From Nitrososphaerota archaeon (GTDB lineage Archaea; Thermoproteota; Nitrososphaeria; Nitrososphaerales; UBA57), in contig JACAFS010000005.1 of NCBI GenBank assembly GCA_013378385.1, positions 1 through 27,294 on the forward strand: a stretch of 27,294 nt of DNA, in the 5' to 3' direction. The notes beneath the pieces are model-generated. The model did not search any database and was not told where the DNA came from. It worked only from the letters and a program-made list of their open reading frames with translations. The first letter of the stretch is position 1, and each line of letters starts with the position of its first letter. Positions 1 through 8,444 of the stretch are shown piece by piece. The position numbers and the translations under genes are program-made.

Positions 1-384
1 AAACCGACTTGGGGTAAGAAAGGAGCAGTTGAAAGAAGGAAAAAAGAGATTGCTCGTTATTATAGATTGCTTTTACAAGAAATAGATCTTCGGATGCCGG
101 TTGTAGATCCTATAAAATGTGTTTCTAGAATTGCTAGTAAGGCTAGTTTATCTGAAAAAACAGAACTTAGAGCAGTTCAAATTCTCAAGAAGGCGAGAGA
201 TACAGGTTTTTCTGTGGGCAAACGTCCAATGGCGTTAGCAGCATCTGCATTGTATGTTGCTTGTGTGTTGGAAGGAGAAAGTAAAACTATGAAGGAGGTT
301 GCTGAAGCTGCAGGAGTTACCGAAGTTACTGTTAGGACATGGGAGAGAGGATTGCGGAAAGTGTGGAGAGATTATTTGAACTGA
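1..384 (+). CDS. tfb: Transcription initiation factor TFB (TFIIB homologue), C-terminal part; the 5' end lies outside the window
   Basis: Frame 1 is open from base 1 (KPTWGKKGAVERRKKEIARYYRLLLQEIDLRMPVVDP...), so the ORF-track start at 67 is internal. The sequence has the character of a TFIIB cyclin-like repeat (RPMALAASALYVACVLEGESKTMKEVAEAAGVTEVTVR). Stop is TGA at 382-384. Confidence 0.85.
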   Translation, partial: KPTWGKKGAVERRKKEIARYYRLLLQEIDLRMPVVDPIKCVSRIASKASLSEKTELRAVQILKKARDTGFSVGKRPMALAASALYVACVLEGESKTMKEVAEAAGVTEVTVRTWERGLRKVWRDYLN

Positions 385-2225
385 GGCCTATCTGAGATAA
401 ATCTTGGGAGAGGAAGTTCTTCAGTTATCATATCATTAAGTAGTTGTTTGCAATGATCGGTTAATTCAGATAATGACATGACAATCATTTCTCCAGAATA
501 TCTGTCACGAACCTGAAATTTTTTACTTTCAACTTCATTTTTGCCCACTACAAGTATAAATGGAATCCATTCTTTTTCGGCTTCACGGACCTTTTTACCT
601 ACAGAAAGATCGCGATCTTCGAAATCAACCCTAAGGCCAGAATTTGATAACTCCTCAAGATAACCTAATGATACTTCATGAAAATCTTGAGACAATGGAA
701 TTATACGGATTTGTGTTGGGCATAGCCAGAATGGAATAGAAGGAGTTCTACCTTCCCTTTGGTCTTTTGCTGCTTTTTCCAATAAAGCATACAAGCATCG
801 TTCGATAGCACCACTTGGAGAATTATGTAATATAATGGGAGTTTTCTTATCACCATTATCGTCAACATAAGTAATTCCATATCTCTCAGCATTCTCAACG
901 TCAATCTGATCAGTGGCAAGAGCGGAAGCCTTACCAAGATTATCAATAAAATTAAATTCCCATTTGAATACAAAGTAGAAGAATTTTTCAGGCCAAATTT
1001 CAATGAATATAGGTCTATTCCAATCTTTTGCAATTTGTTTTATGAAATCAACATTCTCATCATAAAAATCTTGAGTAACTCGAATTGCCAATTCATAATC
1101 ATCTTGATTAAAACCAATTCCCTGAAGAACGTCTCGAGAAAGAGTGAATCTTTTCAAGATTTCAGTTTTAGAGGCCTCAATATCTTTACATAATGCATGA
1201 CAATCAGGCATTGTAAAAGCACGTAATCTTCTCAGACCGACCAATTCACCAGATTTCTCACGACGAAAACTATAGCGTGTTAATTCGTACAACTTAACAG
1301 GTAATTGCTTATGAGAAATTATTGAGTCATGAAGCATAAGAAATTGTCCGAAACATGCACTAAATCTTAAGAATAGTTCTTTATTATCAGAATTAACAGT
1401 GTATTGTCTTGCTGGAAAACGATTCAAGTAACTTGCTAAACTAGGATGATTAGAATCATACATAATAGGAGTTTCTACTTCTAATGCGCCGTATTTTTTA
1501 ACTTGAGATGTAACATAACGTTCTAGTAAAGATTTAATGAATCGACCTTTAGGATAAAAACGAAGATTACCAGAATCAGAACCAGGTTCATAGTCAACAA
1601 GAGATAGTTTTTTCATTAATTCAACATGTGGAGGATGAGATGTTACAACTCGAGATTTACTTAATTCATATTTCTGTAATGCCTTAAGATTTTTGTAATT
1701 ATTAAAATTAAATTTCTCAACTGATTCAGTATTTCCATCAACCGACATAATTATATATTTAGACTCTAAACGTTCTTCAGATTTTAAAGCGTCATTCTGA
1801 TATGTTTCGGTACTGCCAGAGGTAATTATTTTTAATTGTTCAGCTAGTGGATGGCCCTTAACACTAATAGTAAATGACTTATTCCAACCAAAAGGACTAC
1901 TTTGGACATCATTGCCTTCAGCAGATAGACTATCCTTAAATTGATTTAATAAAAATACAGCTTTAGAGGCCTTGGCAAGGTTATCACTCAGATGTGAATA
2001 TGGATAGACTACAATACGGGAACAATTTAAATTATCAAGTGAAGATTTGATTTCAGAAAGAGAGTTTATAATTGTATTTTCGTCATCTTGAGATTCTAAA
2101 CAGGTAAATAAAACTACAATATCTTCGTATCTTTTTAGATCAGTATCTGATTCTTCAGCTATATCAATTTCTTTTTTGATGGCTCGATATTCAATATAAT
2201 TAGAATGTAATAATAGAATTCGCAA
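372..2225 (-). CDS. thrS: Threonyl-tRNA synthetase, archaeal type with N-terminal cis-editing domain
   Basis: 617 aa. N-terminal archaeal editing-domain-like region (MRILLLHSNYIEY...VVLFTCLES). Class II motif 2 (FRREKSGELVGLRRLRAFTMPDCH) and motif 3 region (HNSPSGAIERCLYALLE), followed by a C-terminal anticodon-binding region. Start reads TTG (reverse complement of caa at 2223-2225); no in-frame ATG would keep the conserved N-terminus. Confidence 0.95.
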   Translation of the reverse strand: MRILLLHSNYIEYRAIKKEIDIAEESDTDLKRYEDIVVLFTCLESQDDENTIINSLSEIKSSLDNLNCSRIVVYPYSHLSDNLAKASKAVFLLNQFKDSLSAEGNDVQSSPFGWNKSFTISVKGHPLAEQLKIITSGSTETYQNDALKSEERLESKYIIMSVDGNTESVEKFNFNNYKNLKALQKYELSKSRVVTSHPPHVELMKKLSLVDYEPGSDSGNLRFYPKGRFIKSLLERYVTSQVKKYGALEVETPIMYDSNHPSLASYLNRFPARQYTVNSDNKELFLRFSACFGQFLMLHDSIISHKQLPVKLYELTRYSFRREKSGELVGLRRLRAFTMPDCHALCKDIEASKTEILKRFTLSRDVLQGIGFNQDDYELAIRVTQDFYDENVDFIKQIAKDWNRPIFIEIWPEKFFYFVFKWEFNFIDNLGKASALATDQIDVENAERYGITYVDDNGDKKTPIILHNSPSGAIERCLYALLEKAAKDQREGRTPSIPFWLCPTQIRIIPLSQDFHEVSLGYLEELSNSGLRVDFEDRDLSVGKKVREAEKEWIPFILVVGKNEVESKKFQVRDRYSGEMIVMSLSELTDHCKQLLNDMITEELPLPRFISDRPQFK

Positions 2226-2235
2226 ATTTGTGCAC

Positions 2236-2457
2236 CTAATATCTTGCTCGTTCGGATTTTCGTAATTCTTTTGTGGATTTCTTCCAGGATTTATAATGTT
2301 CAGTACAGAAATACACTTTGTTTGAATCTGATGAAATAGAGAATTCGCTTGAATCTACATTTTTACTACTAATAGATTTAACAGCAGAATTTGAACAGTT
2401 ATCCAATGAACATTCAACGCCCTTGCTAATTTTTCCCATAATATAATTCATTAACAT
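2236..2457 (-). CDS. Small Cys/His zinc-ribbon-like protein (FCS/TRASH-like), function unknown
   Basis: 73-aa ORF with an ATG start, ending 10 nt upstream of thrS on the same strand. Pattern is C16-x4-C21 ... C51-x2-H54, with YFCTEHYKSW resembling FCS/TRASH (L24e-like) zinc ribbons, and a basic tail (KKSTKELRKSERARY). Family assignment is by eye only. Confidence 0.5.
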   Translation of the reverse strand: MLMNYIMGKISKGVECSLDNCSNSAVKSISSKNVDSSEFSISSDSNKVYFCTEHYKSWKKSTKELRKSERARY

Positions 2458-2521
2458 TTTTTTAATATTAAAGTATTGATTTAGAAAGACATAATTAATG
2501 ATTTGTTCGTAACAGTATTAC

Positions 2522-3124
2522 TTGTTAGAAAAATTAAGAAGCAAAGTAGAACCAATAATGAATAAAATTGGTTGGGGGTTATCTAAATTGGGAATGACAC
2601 CAATAATGCTTAGCATATTAGCTGTTATTTTTTCAATTATTTCGGCATTTTTTTATTCAAATCTAGTTCAATTCAATATAAATAATGTTATCCCAAATCA
2701 AGCTCTTGGGGCAATATTTTTACTTATTGCAGGATTATGCGATATGTTAGATGGAGCAATTGCAAGAGTTACTAAAAAATCTAGCTTGAGAGGTGCATTC
2801 ATAGATTCTACATTTGATAGAGTAACTGAAATAATAGTTTTCAGCGGAGTGCTAATTGGGCAATATGCTGAATCAATATTAATTTACTTTGCGATTACAT
2901 TATCGATGTTGGTAAGTTATTCACGAACCAAAGCAGAAGCAATCAATGTGGATTTAAGAGGAATAGGAATAGCAGAACGTTCAGAAAGAATACTAATATT
3001 GTGTTTGTTTAGTTTCTTTAATGAAGTCAGATATGCAATAATAATCATAATCATACTATCCAGTATAACATTCATGGAAAGATTTATTTCAGTAATGAAA
3101 AAAGCGGATAAAACTAATACTTAG
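2522..3124 (+). CDS. CDP-alcohol phosphatidyltransferase family membrane protein (lipid head-group synthase; substrate not assignable)
   Basis: 200 aa with multiple hydrophobic helices. Complete family signature D-G-x2-A-R-x8-G-x3-D-x3-D, read as DGAIARVTKKSSLRGAFIDSTFD (residues 77-99). Start is TTG at 2522; an in-frame ATG 12 codons downstream (MNKIGWGL...) is an alternative. Confidence 0.85.
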   Translation: MLEKLRSKVEPIMNKIGWGLSKLGMTPIMLSILAVIFSIISAFFYSNLVQFNINNVIPNQALGAIFLLIAGLCDMLDGAIARVTKKSSLRGAFIDSTFDRVTEIIVFSGVLIGQYAESILIYFAITLSMLVSYSRTKAEAINVDLRGIGIAERSERILILCLFSFFNEVRYAIIIIIILSSITFMERFISVMKKADKTNT

Positions 3125-3398
3125 TACGTCGACGTCGTTCATCTTTAGCACGTACTTTAACTAAGCCATAATGTACAGCACAGGAAACACAATAATATTT
3201 AGTAGTTTTTTGAGCTGCAATATAAGTTCCTGCTGCGCGAAGTTCTTTTGCCAATGTAGGTTCAACCAGTGTAATTCGACCGGTTTTTTTCTTAGCTTTA
3301 TCTTTAGGAACAAGAGTGCCGCAATTACTGCATGAAATGGAGCCTGTCGAACCTTTACTGCCACCTGCACGACCGCCACTTTTTCTTTTCTTAGTCAT
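3114..3398 (-). CDS. rps26e: Ribosomal protein eS26 (S26e)
   Basis: 94 aa, basic. Two zinc-ribbon Cys pairs (CSNCG ... YYCVSCAVH), the VPKDKA motif and an Arg-rich C-terminus typical of eS26. ATG start. The 3' end overlaps the convergent gene by 11 nt. Confidence 0.9.
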   Translation of the reverse strand: MTKKRKSGGRAGGSKGSTGSISCSNCGTLVPKDKAKKKTGRITLVEPTLAKELRAAGTYIAAQKTTKYYCVSCAVHYGLVKVRAKDERRRRTKY

Positions 3399-3469
3399 TG
3401 TAATAAAAAATTAAAGATATTACTTACGCATAAATCTTATGGAATAAAGATAATTATCAGGTTAAGATA

Positions 3470-4357
3470 ATGTCGAATATATGTATAATCGGCCATATTT
3501 CAATTGACAAAATATACAATAATAAAATTAAAGCCGAATCAATAGGAGGTCCGCCATGTTATTCAGGCCTAACTTGTGTAAATGAGGGATTAGATGTTGA
3601 AATTTATACAAAAATTGGCAGTGACTTTCCAGCTGAATATGAATTATGGTTAAAAGAGAATAGAATCAAAATGTTAGATGGTAAATCAACATTAAACACG
3701 ACAAGTTTCAAAATTACTGAAACAGAAAGAAGAAAACAATTAAAATTAATAAATAAATGTGAAGAAATTATAATAGAAAAAGAAAAAATAGAGAAATACG
3801 AAGGAATAATATTAAGTCCAATTGTAAATGAATTAAATAAGAAAAATAATAAATTAATAAATAAACTTGATAAAAAAACATTACTGGATCCTCAAGGATA
3901 TTTAAGAAAATTTAATGAGGATGGTGTTTGTGAATTAAGATATTTAGATATCAACGAGTTACCAAAGGCAGATATTATAAAGATTAGTGAAGAAGAATCA
4001 AAGATGATAGATAATTCAGATAAATTTTCTAGTAGATTGGAAAGGATATCAAAAATCTATCCAATAACTATTGGAACTACAAATAAGGAATTAACATATT
4101 TATTTACAAATAAGAAATGCTATGAAATAAGAAATCATCGGGCAAATAATTTAGAAGATACAATTGGATTAGGGGACATATTAAATGGAGTATTTTTTAG
4201 TATGTATGTCAAGAATGAAGACATTTTATGGTCAATATCAAAAGCTATAGCATTTACTACAACAAGAGAAGGAATAGGAATAAGAAAATTAGAAAAATTT
4301 GTAGAATATAGTGAATTATCAGGCATTATATACAATAATATAAAGAAAATTTACTAA
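3470..4357 (+). CDS. PfkB/ribokinase-family carbohydrate kinase, substrate unknown
   Basis: 295 aa. N-terminal IGHISIDKI...GGPPCYSG, and the C-terminal catalytic/anion-hole motif EDTIGLGDILNG (DTxGAGD-like) of the PfkB family. An N/K-rich insertion spans about residues 85-135. Confidence 0.75.
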   Translation: MSNICIIGHISIDKIYNNKIKAESIGGPPCYSGLTCVNEGLDVEIYTKIGSDFPAEYELWLKENRIKMLDGKSTLNTTSFKITETERRKQLKLINKCEEIIIEKEKIEKYEGIILSPIVNELNKKNNKLINKLDKKTLLDPQGYLRKFNEDGVCELRYLDINELPKADIIKISEEESKMIDNSDKFSSRLERISKIYPITIGTTNKELTYLFTNKKCYEIRNHRANNLEDTIGLGDILNGVFFSMYVKNEDILWSISKAIAFTTTREGIGIRKLEKFVEYSELSGIIYNNIKKIY

Positions 4358-4373
4358 AGTATAATCAAGGAAT

Positions 4374-5354
4374 ATGAATCAAGATAAAAAAAACACATTA
4401 ATTGAATTATTGGATGATAGTAATAATTCTATATTAATAATTGGATGTAGGGCAACAAAATATTTTCATGAATGTTGTGAATACAATATATTGATGGTAG
4501 GAGATAAAACGGAATCTAGAATAATAAATGATAAGAAAATTGGTTTTATACAAATTGAGAGTATGAAAAGAGATGAATTTTTAGAAACAAGTAATAAAAA
4601 TGCAAGTTATTTGATCAATAATGAAATATTAAAAGATAATTATTTTACGCTTTCTACTAAAATAAATGACGTCGGGGAACATAAATCAAAGATAATTAAA
4701 CAGTATTGGAATTCAACAATGATTGACGTGACAACAGATGTTCAGAAAGCAACTAATGCAATGAATAAATCATCGTTATATGATTCAGCTTATTGGGCAT
4801 TATCAGCAAGTTATAATTTAAGCAAATTATCAATTGCGGGTGAGGGTTTAATTCAAAGTCCATCGCATTTATTGAATCAATTAAAAGATAGAAAAAATGA
4901 ACGCAATATTGATCAGTATTTCAATCTATTAGATTTAGAAGTTGCCACAAAATCATCAGTAGAACGTCGACTGCAAGCATTGAATAATCTAAACCGATCT
5001 CTAGCTACAATAACAAATAGCAATAATGAATTATTCGCTAGAAGAATGAAATTAATAGACAACAAGATACGCTGGTTTATAAAAAATAGAATGATAACAA
5101 ATGCATTTGTTCTATTAGGTTATGAGAATACGTTAATAATAAAGAAAATTTACAAAGAATATTGTAATTCGAAGTATTTATCGACACACAATTATAAGAT
5201 AGTCAGCGAGATATTAGAAGAAGATATGTCAACAAGTGTAGGAAAATCAACAATTAAGATGCTACAAATGCCAATGGATGAACAAAGGATTACTGAGAAA
5301 TTAGACATATTGAATAATTTATTAATCGAAATAAGAGACAATATAGCCAATTGA
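4374..5354 (+). CDS. Hypothetical protein (orphan within the sugar cluster)
   Basis: Uninterrupted 326-aa ORF with an ATG start 16 nt after the PfkB stop, co-oriented with its neighbours. I recognise no catalytic or binding motif. N/K/I-rich; composition looks mostly helical. Confidence 0.6.
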   Translation: MNQDKKNTLIELLDDSNNSILIIGCRATKYFHECCEYNILMVGDKTESRIINDKKIGFIQIESMKRDEFLETSNKNASYLINNEILKDNYFTLSTKINDVGEHKSKIIKQYWNSTMIDVTTDVQKATNAMNKSSLYDSAYWALSASYNLSKLSIAGEGLIQSPSHLLNQLKDRKNERNIDQYFNLLDLEVATKSSVERRLQALNNLNRSLATITNSNNELFARRMKLIDNKIRWFIKNRMITNAFVLLGYENTLIIKKIYKEYCNSKYLSTHNYKIVSEILEEDMSTSVGKSTIKMLQMPMDEQRITEKLDILNNLLIEIRDNIAN

Positions 5355-5360
5355 AGACGC

Positions 5361-5373
5361 ATTTATTAAATAA
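5361..5373 (+). promoter_or_regulatory. TATA-like element (ATTTATTAAATAA) upstream of the NTP-transferase gene (possible internal promoter of the sugar cluster)
   Basis: Lies in the 42-nt spacer after the 326-aa ORF, centred about 30 nt upstream of the ATG at 5397. Confidence 0.3.
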
Positions 5374-5396
5374 AGTTCAGCTTAACATAAAGTAAT

Positions 5397-6101
5397 ATGA
5401 AGGCTGTGATTCTTGCAGGAGGATTAGGAAAAAGAGTGAGGCCATATACATTATTTTTACCTAAACCAATGCTTCCATTGGGCGATAAACCAATACTAGG
5501 TCATATAATTGATTGGATAAAGAAACAGCGTATAAAAGAAATAATTATTTGTACGTCGTACATGAGTGAAATAATAGAAGAACATTTTGGAAATGGTGAA
5601 AAATATGGAATAAAAATTACTTATGTGAAAGCAAAAAAACCACTAGGTACGGCAGGGCAATTAAAATCTGCGCAGAAATATCTCGATGATGATTTCCTTT
5701 GCATATATAGTGATTCTTTATTTAATTTTAAGATAAACACTGCAGTGAAATTCCACAAAAAAGTTAACCCAATAGTCACAATGGTCGTATGTAAATATGA
5801 AACAAGATTAAAATATGGAATGATTGAGCTAAATAAAGATAAATCAGTATCAGAATGGAAAGAAAAGCCTGCCATAAAGGGATTAATAAATACTGGATGT
5901 TTTATCATGAAATCGGAATTTCTAAAATATATTCCAAGAAATAAAATCTATGAAATGGACCAGGTTTTTAGAAAGATTCAAGAAAAGAATAATAAAATAT
6001 ATGGATTCCCAGTATCAGGAAATATTTTAGATTTAGGTGATAGAACTGATTATGAGAAAAATTTCAAAGAATTTAATAAAGTGAAAAAACATGAACGATA
6101 A
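5397..6101 (+). CDS. Sugar-1-phosphate nucleotidyltransferase, short form (NTP_transferase family)
   Basis: 234 aa. N-terminal signature KAVILAGGLGKRVRPYTLFLPKPMLPL (GxGxR...K), then GTAGQL. No C-terminal left-handed beta-helix. Size and layout resemble short G1P/M1P/heptose-1-P nucleotidyltransferases; the NTP and sugar cannot be assigned. Confidence 0.85.
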   Translation: MKAVILAGGLGKRVRPYTLFLPKPMLPLGDKPILGHIIDWIKKQRIKEIIICTSYMSEIIEEHFGNGEKYGIKITYVKAKKPLGTAGQLKSAQKYLDDDFLCIYSDSLFNFKINTAVKFHKKVNPIVTMVVCKYETRLKYGMIELNKDKSVSEWKEKPAIKGLINTGCFIMKSEFLKYIPRNKIYEMDQVFRKIQEKNNKIYGFPVSGNILDLGDRTDYEKNFKEFNKVKKHER

Positions 6102-7371
6102 TCTCATACTTATTGAAGATAAATCAATAGAAAATTTCGAGCCAATTACATCCACCAGAACTTCATTGGAAATGCAATTTGGAGCAGGGAGTTTTTATGA
6201 ACAATTAAAAAAAGAAGCAAAATTCAACAATATTTCTATTTTTATCAGAAATCATTTGAAAGAAACTACAAAAAGAAAACTAAAGGACGTAAATATAGGA
6301 AAAATTGATTTTGAAGGAAATGTCACAATAATAAATGCGCTTATAAATTTGAACGACAAGAATGTAATAAAATTATTAAATAATAAAGGAAGATTTATCG
6401 CTAAAACAGGACAACAATTAATTTGTGCACGAATTCCTTCATCAATAATAAAAGATATTGATAATAATAATTCATATGAATTTATAGGTAAAATATCTAA
6501 ATTCAAGGATTATTCAATAAAACAAATAGACAGTAATTGTTTAATCAAATATCCATGGGATTATATAAAAGAATCAGGAGAATCAATCAATAAACAATAT
6601 AAATTTTTTAATAAAAGATCAGACAATAAGAAAAATATAAAATTAATTTCAGATAGTAAAAAAATATGGATTTCAAAAAGTGCAACAATTGTAGATAAAA
6701 ATAAAACATATTTTGATTCTAGTGATGGACCGGTAATAATTGATAGAAATTCAGTGATTGAACCATTTACTTACATAAAAGGTCCGGTATATATTGGAAA
6801 GGAATCAAAAATAAATGGTGCAAGAATATATTCTAATACTTCAATTGGAAATAATTGTAATATTGGTGGAGAGATACAGAATTCAGTAATACATGAATAT
6901 ACCAACAAATCCCATGAAGGGTATTTAGGGCATTCCATAATTGGATCTTGGGTAAATCTTGGTGCACGAACTACAAATTCAGATTTAAAGAATACTTATG
7001 GAAAGATAAAAATGAATATAGGAAAAAAGAAAATACAAACTAATCAAGTCAAATTTGGATGTATGATTGGGGATAATTCAAAAACGGCAATTGGGTCTTT
7101 AATTTTTACAGGAATAAAAATAGGAGTATGTGGGCAATTATTTGGTCATGTAACAGAAGATATACCTCCATTTACATTTTATAACAATATCAAAAAGAAG
7201 ACATTAATTGAATATGATATTAATAAAGCAATAAAAACACAAGCAAGAATGATGAAAAGGAGAGACATTAAACAAAATAAACATGATAAAAAACTATTAC
7301 AAGAAATATATAATAACACCATTGAACAGAGAAAGAAGAATAGAGTAAAAGTAGGGAATATGAAGATTTGA
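6091..7371 (+). CDS. Putative sugar nucleotidyltransferase-like protein with degenerate N-terminal domain and C-terminal left-handed beta-helix (alt-GlmU / NTP_transf_4-like)
   Basis: 426 aa. The N-terminus (LILIEDKSIENFEPITSTRTSLEMQFGAG) lacks the GxGxR loop. The C-terminal hexapeptide-repeat region carries GGEIQNSVIHEYTNKSHEGYLGHSIIGSWVNLGARTTNSDLKNTYG ... GDNSKTAIGS ... IPPFTF, as I recall for the alternative-GlmU-like family. Its ATG overlaps the upstream gene by 11 nt. Confidence 0.7.
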   Translation: MNDNLILIEDKSIENFEPITSTRTSLEMQFGAGSFYEQLKKEAKFNNISIFIRNHLKETTKRKLKDVNIGKIDFEGNVTIINALINLNDKNVIKLLNNKGRFIAKTGQQLICARIPSSIIKDIDNNNSYEFIGKISKFKDYSIKQIDSNCLIKYPWDYIKESGESINKQYKFFNKRSDNKKNIKLISDSKKIWISKSATIVDKNKTYFDSSDGPVIIDRNSVIEPFTYIKGPVYIGKESKINGARIYSNTSIGNNCNIGGEIQNSVIHEYTNKSHEGYLGHSIIGSWVNLGARTTNSDLKNTYGKIKMNIGKKKIQTNQVKFGCMIGDNSKTAIGSLIFTGIKIGVCGQLFGHVTEDIPPFTFYNNIKKKTLIEYDINKAIKTQARMMKRRDIKQNKHDKKLLQEIYNNTIEQRKKNRVKVGNMKI

Positions 7372-8444
7372 AATATGAAGAGAAATTAAACGAAAAAAGA
7401 ATCAACGATATAGATAAATCAGGATTATTTGGCCAGTATGAAAAATGGCCAATATATGCAAAAGAAGCGATAGATATATCGCCAAATATACCACAAAAAC
7501 GTGAAATCAAGAATATTATTTTTATTGGAATGGGAGGGTCGGCTACATCTGGAGACATAATTCATAATTGGTTAAGAGATGAATTACCCGTTCCTTTTGA
7601 GGTGTTAAAAGACTACAAATTACCAGGATATGTAAATAATAAAACACTAGTAATTGGAGCGTCAATTTCGGGTGAAACACGTGAAACAATTTCTGCATGT
7701 ATTGAAGCAAAAACAAAGAAAGATGCATCAGTTGTATCAATTTCTGCAGGCGGAGCATTAATGAAAATTAGTGAGAAATACAACATACCTCATACTAAAG
7801 TAGAATTAGCGTTAACACCTAGAGCTAGTTTATTATTTGCATTATTACCAGCAATAAATTTGTTAGAGGAGATAGGAATAATCGGTTCAACGAAAAATGA
7901 ATTTGCAGATATGATGAATTTATTAAACATGAGGAATAATCAAATAAAGAAAAATATCGTATTTGACAATAATATTGCAAAACAAATAGCAAGTGACATA
8001 TTAGAATTAGCTACTCCTCCGACCATATATTCAGGACAAACATTATCTGCGCCAGGATATAGATTTAAAGCGTCATTAAATGAAAATTCAAAAATCAGAG
8101 CTCAGCACATTCTATTACCTGAACTTTGCCACAATGAAATACAATCATGGGGAAGGAATAAAGATAATAAAATAACATCTATTTTCTTAAGAGATGATGA
8201 TGAAAGTTTGGAACAAAGAGAGAGATTCGAATCTTTGAGTCAGATATTAATTAAAATGGACATCAAGCCTTTAGAAATTTATACAGAAGGAGAAACAAAA
8301 CTTGGACGAATAATTGACTTAATATACTTATTAGATTATGTATCACTTTACCTTGCAATACTAAAAGATATAGATCCAACACCCACTCCAAATATTGACG
8401 AGATTAAGAAATTATTAAAAAATAGATTCAAAGAAATAAACTAA
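7368..8444 (+). CDS. SIS-domain bifunctional phosphoglucose/phosphomannose isomerase family protein
   Basis: 358 aa. SIS motifs IFIGMGGSATSGD and GASISGETRETI, and a C-terminal region LPELCHNEIQSW as in archaeal PGI/PMI. TTG start overlaps the upstream stop (TTGA); no nearby in-frame ATG. Confidence 0.8.
   Translation: MKYEEKLNEKRINDIDKSGLFGQYEKWPIYAKEAIDISPNIPQKREIKNIIFIGMGGSATSGDIIHNWLRDELPVPFEVLKDYKLPGYVNNKTLVIGASISGETRETISACIEAKTKKDASVVSISAGGALMKISEKYNIPHTKVELALTPRASLLFALLPAINLLEEIGIIGSTKNEFADMMNLLNMRNNQIKKNIVFDNNIAKQIASDILELATPPTIYSGQTLSAPGYRFKASLNENSKIRAQHILLPELCHNEIQSWGRNKDNKITSIFLRDDDESLEQRERFESLSQILIKMDIKPLEIYTEGETKLGRIIDLIYLLDYVSLYLAILKDIDPTPTPNIDEIKKLLKNRFKEIN

Noticed and set aside
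2522-6101. CDP-alcohol phosphatidyltransferase plus NTP-transferase as an IPCT/DIPPS-like di-myo-inositol-phosphate pathway
   Set aside because: The two genes are separated by an oppositely oriented ribosomal protein gene and two other ORFs. They are not fused or adjacent as in known IPCT/DIPPS, and no inositol-1-phosphate synthase is present. A lipid head-group synthase is the simpler reading of the 200-aa membrane protein.
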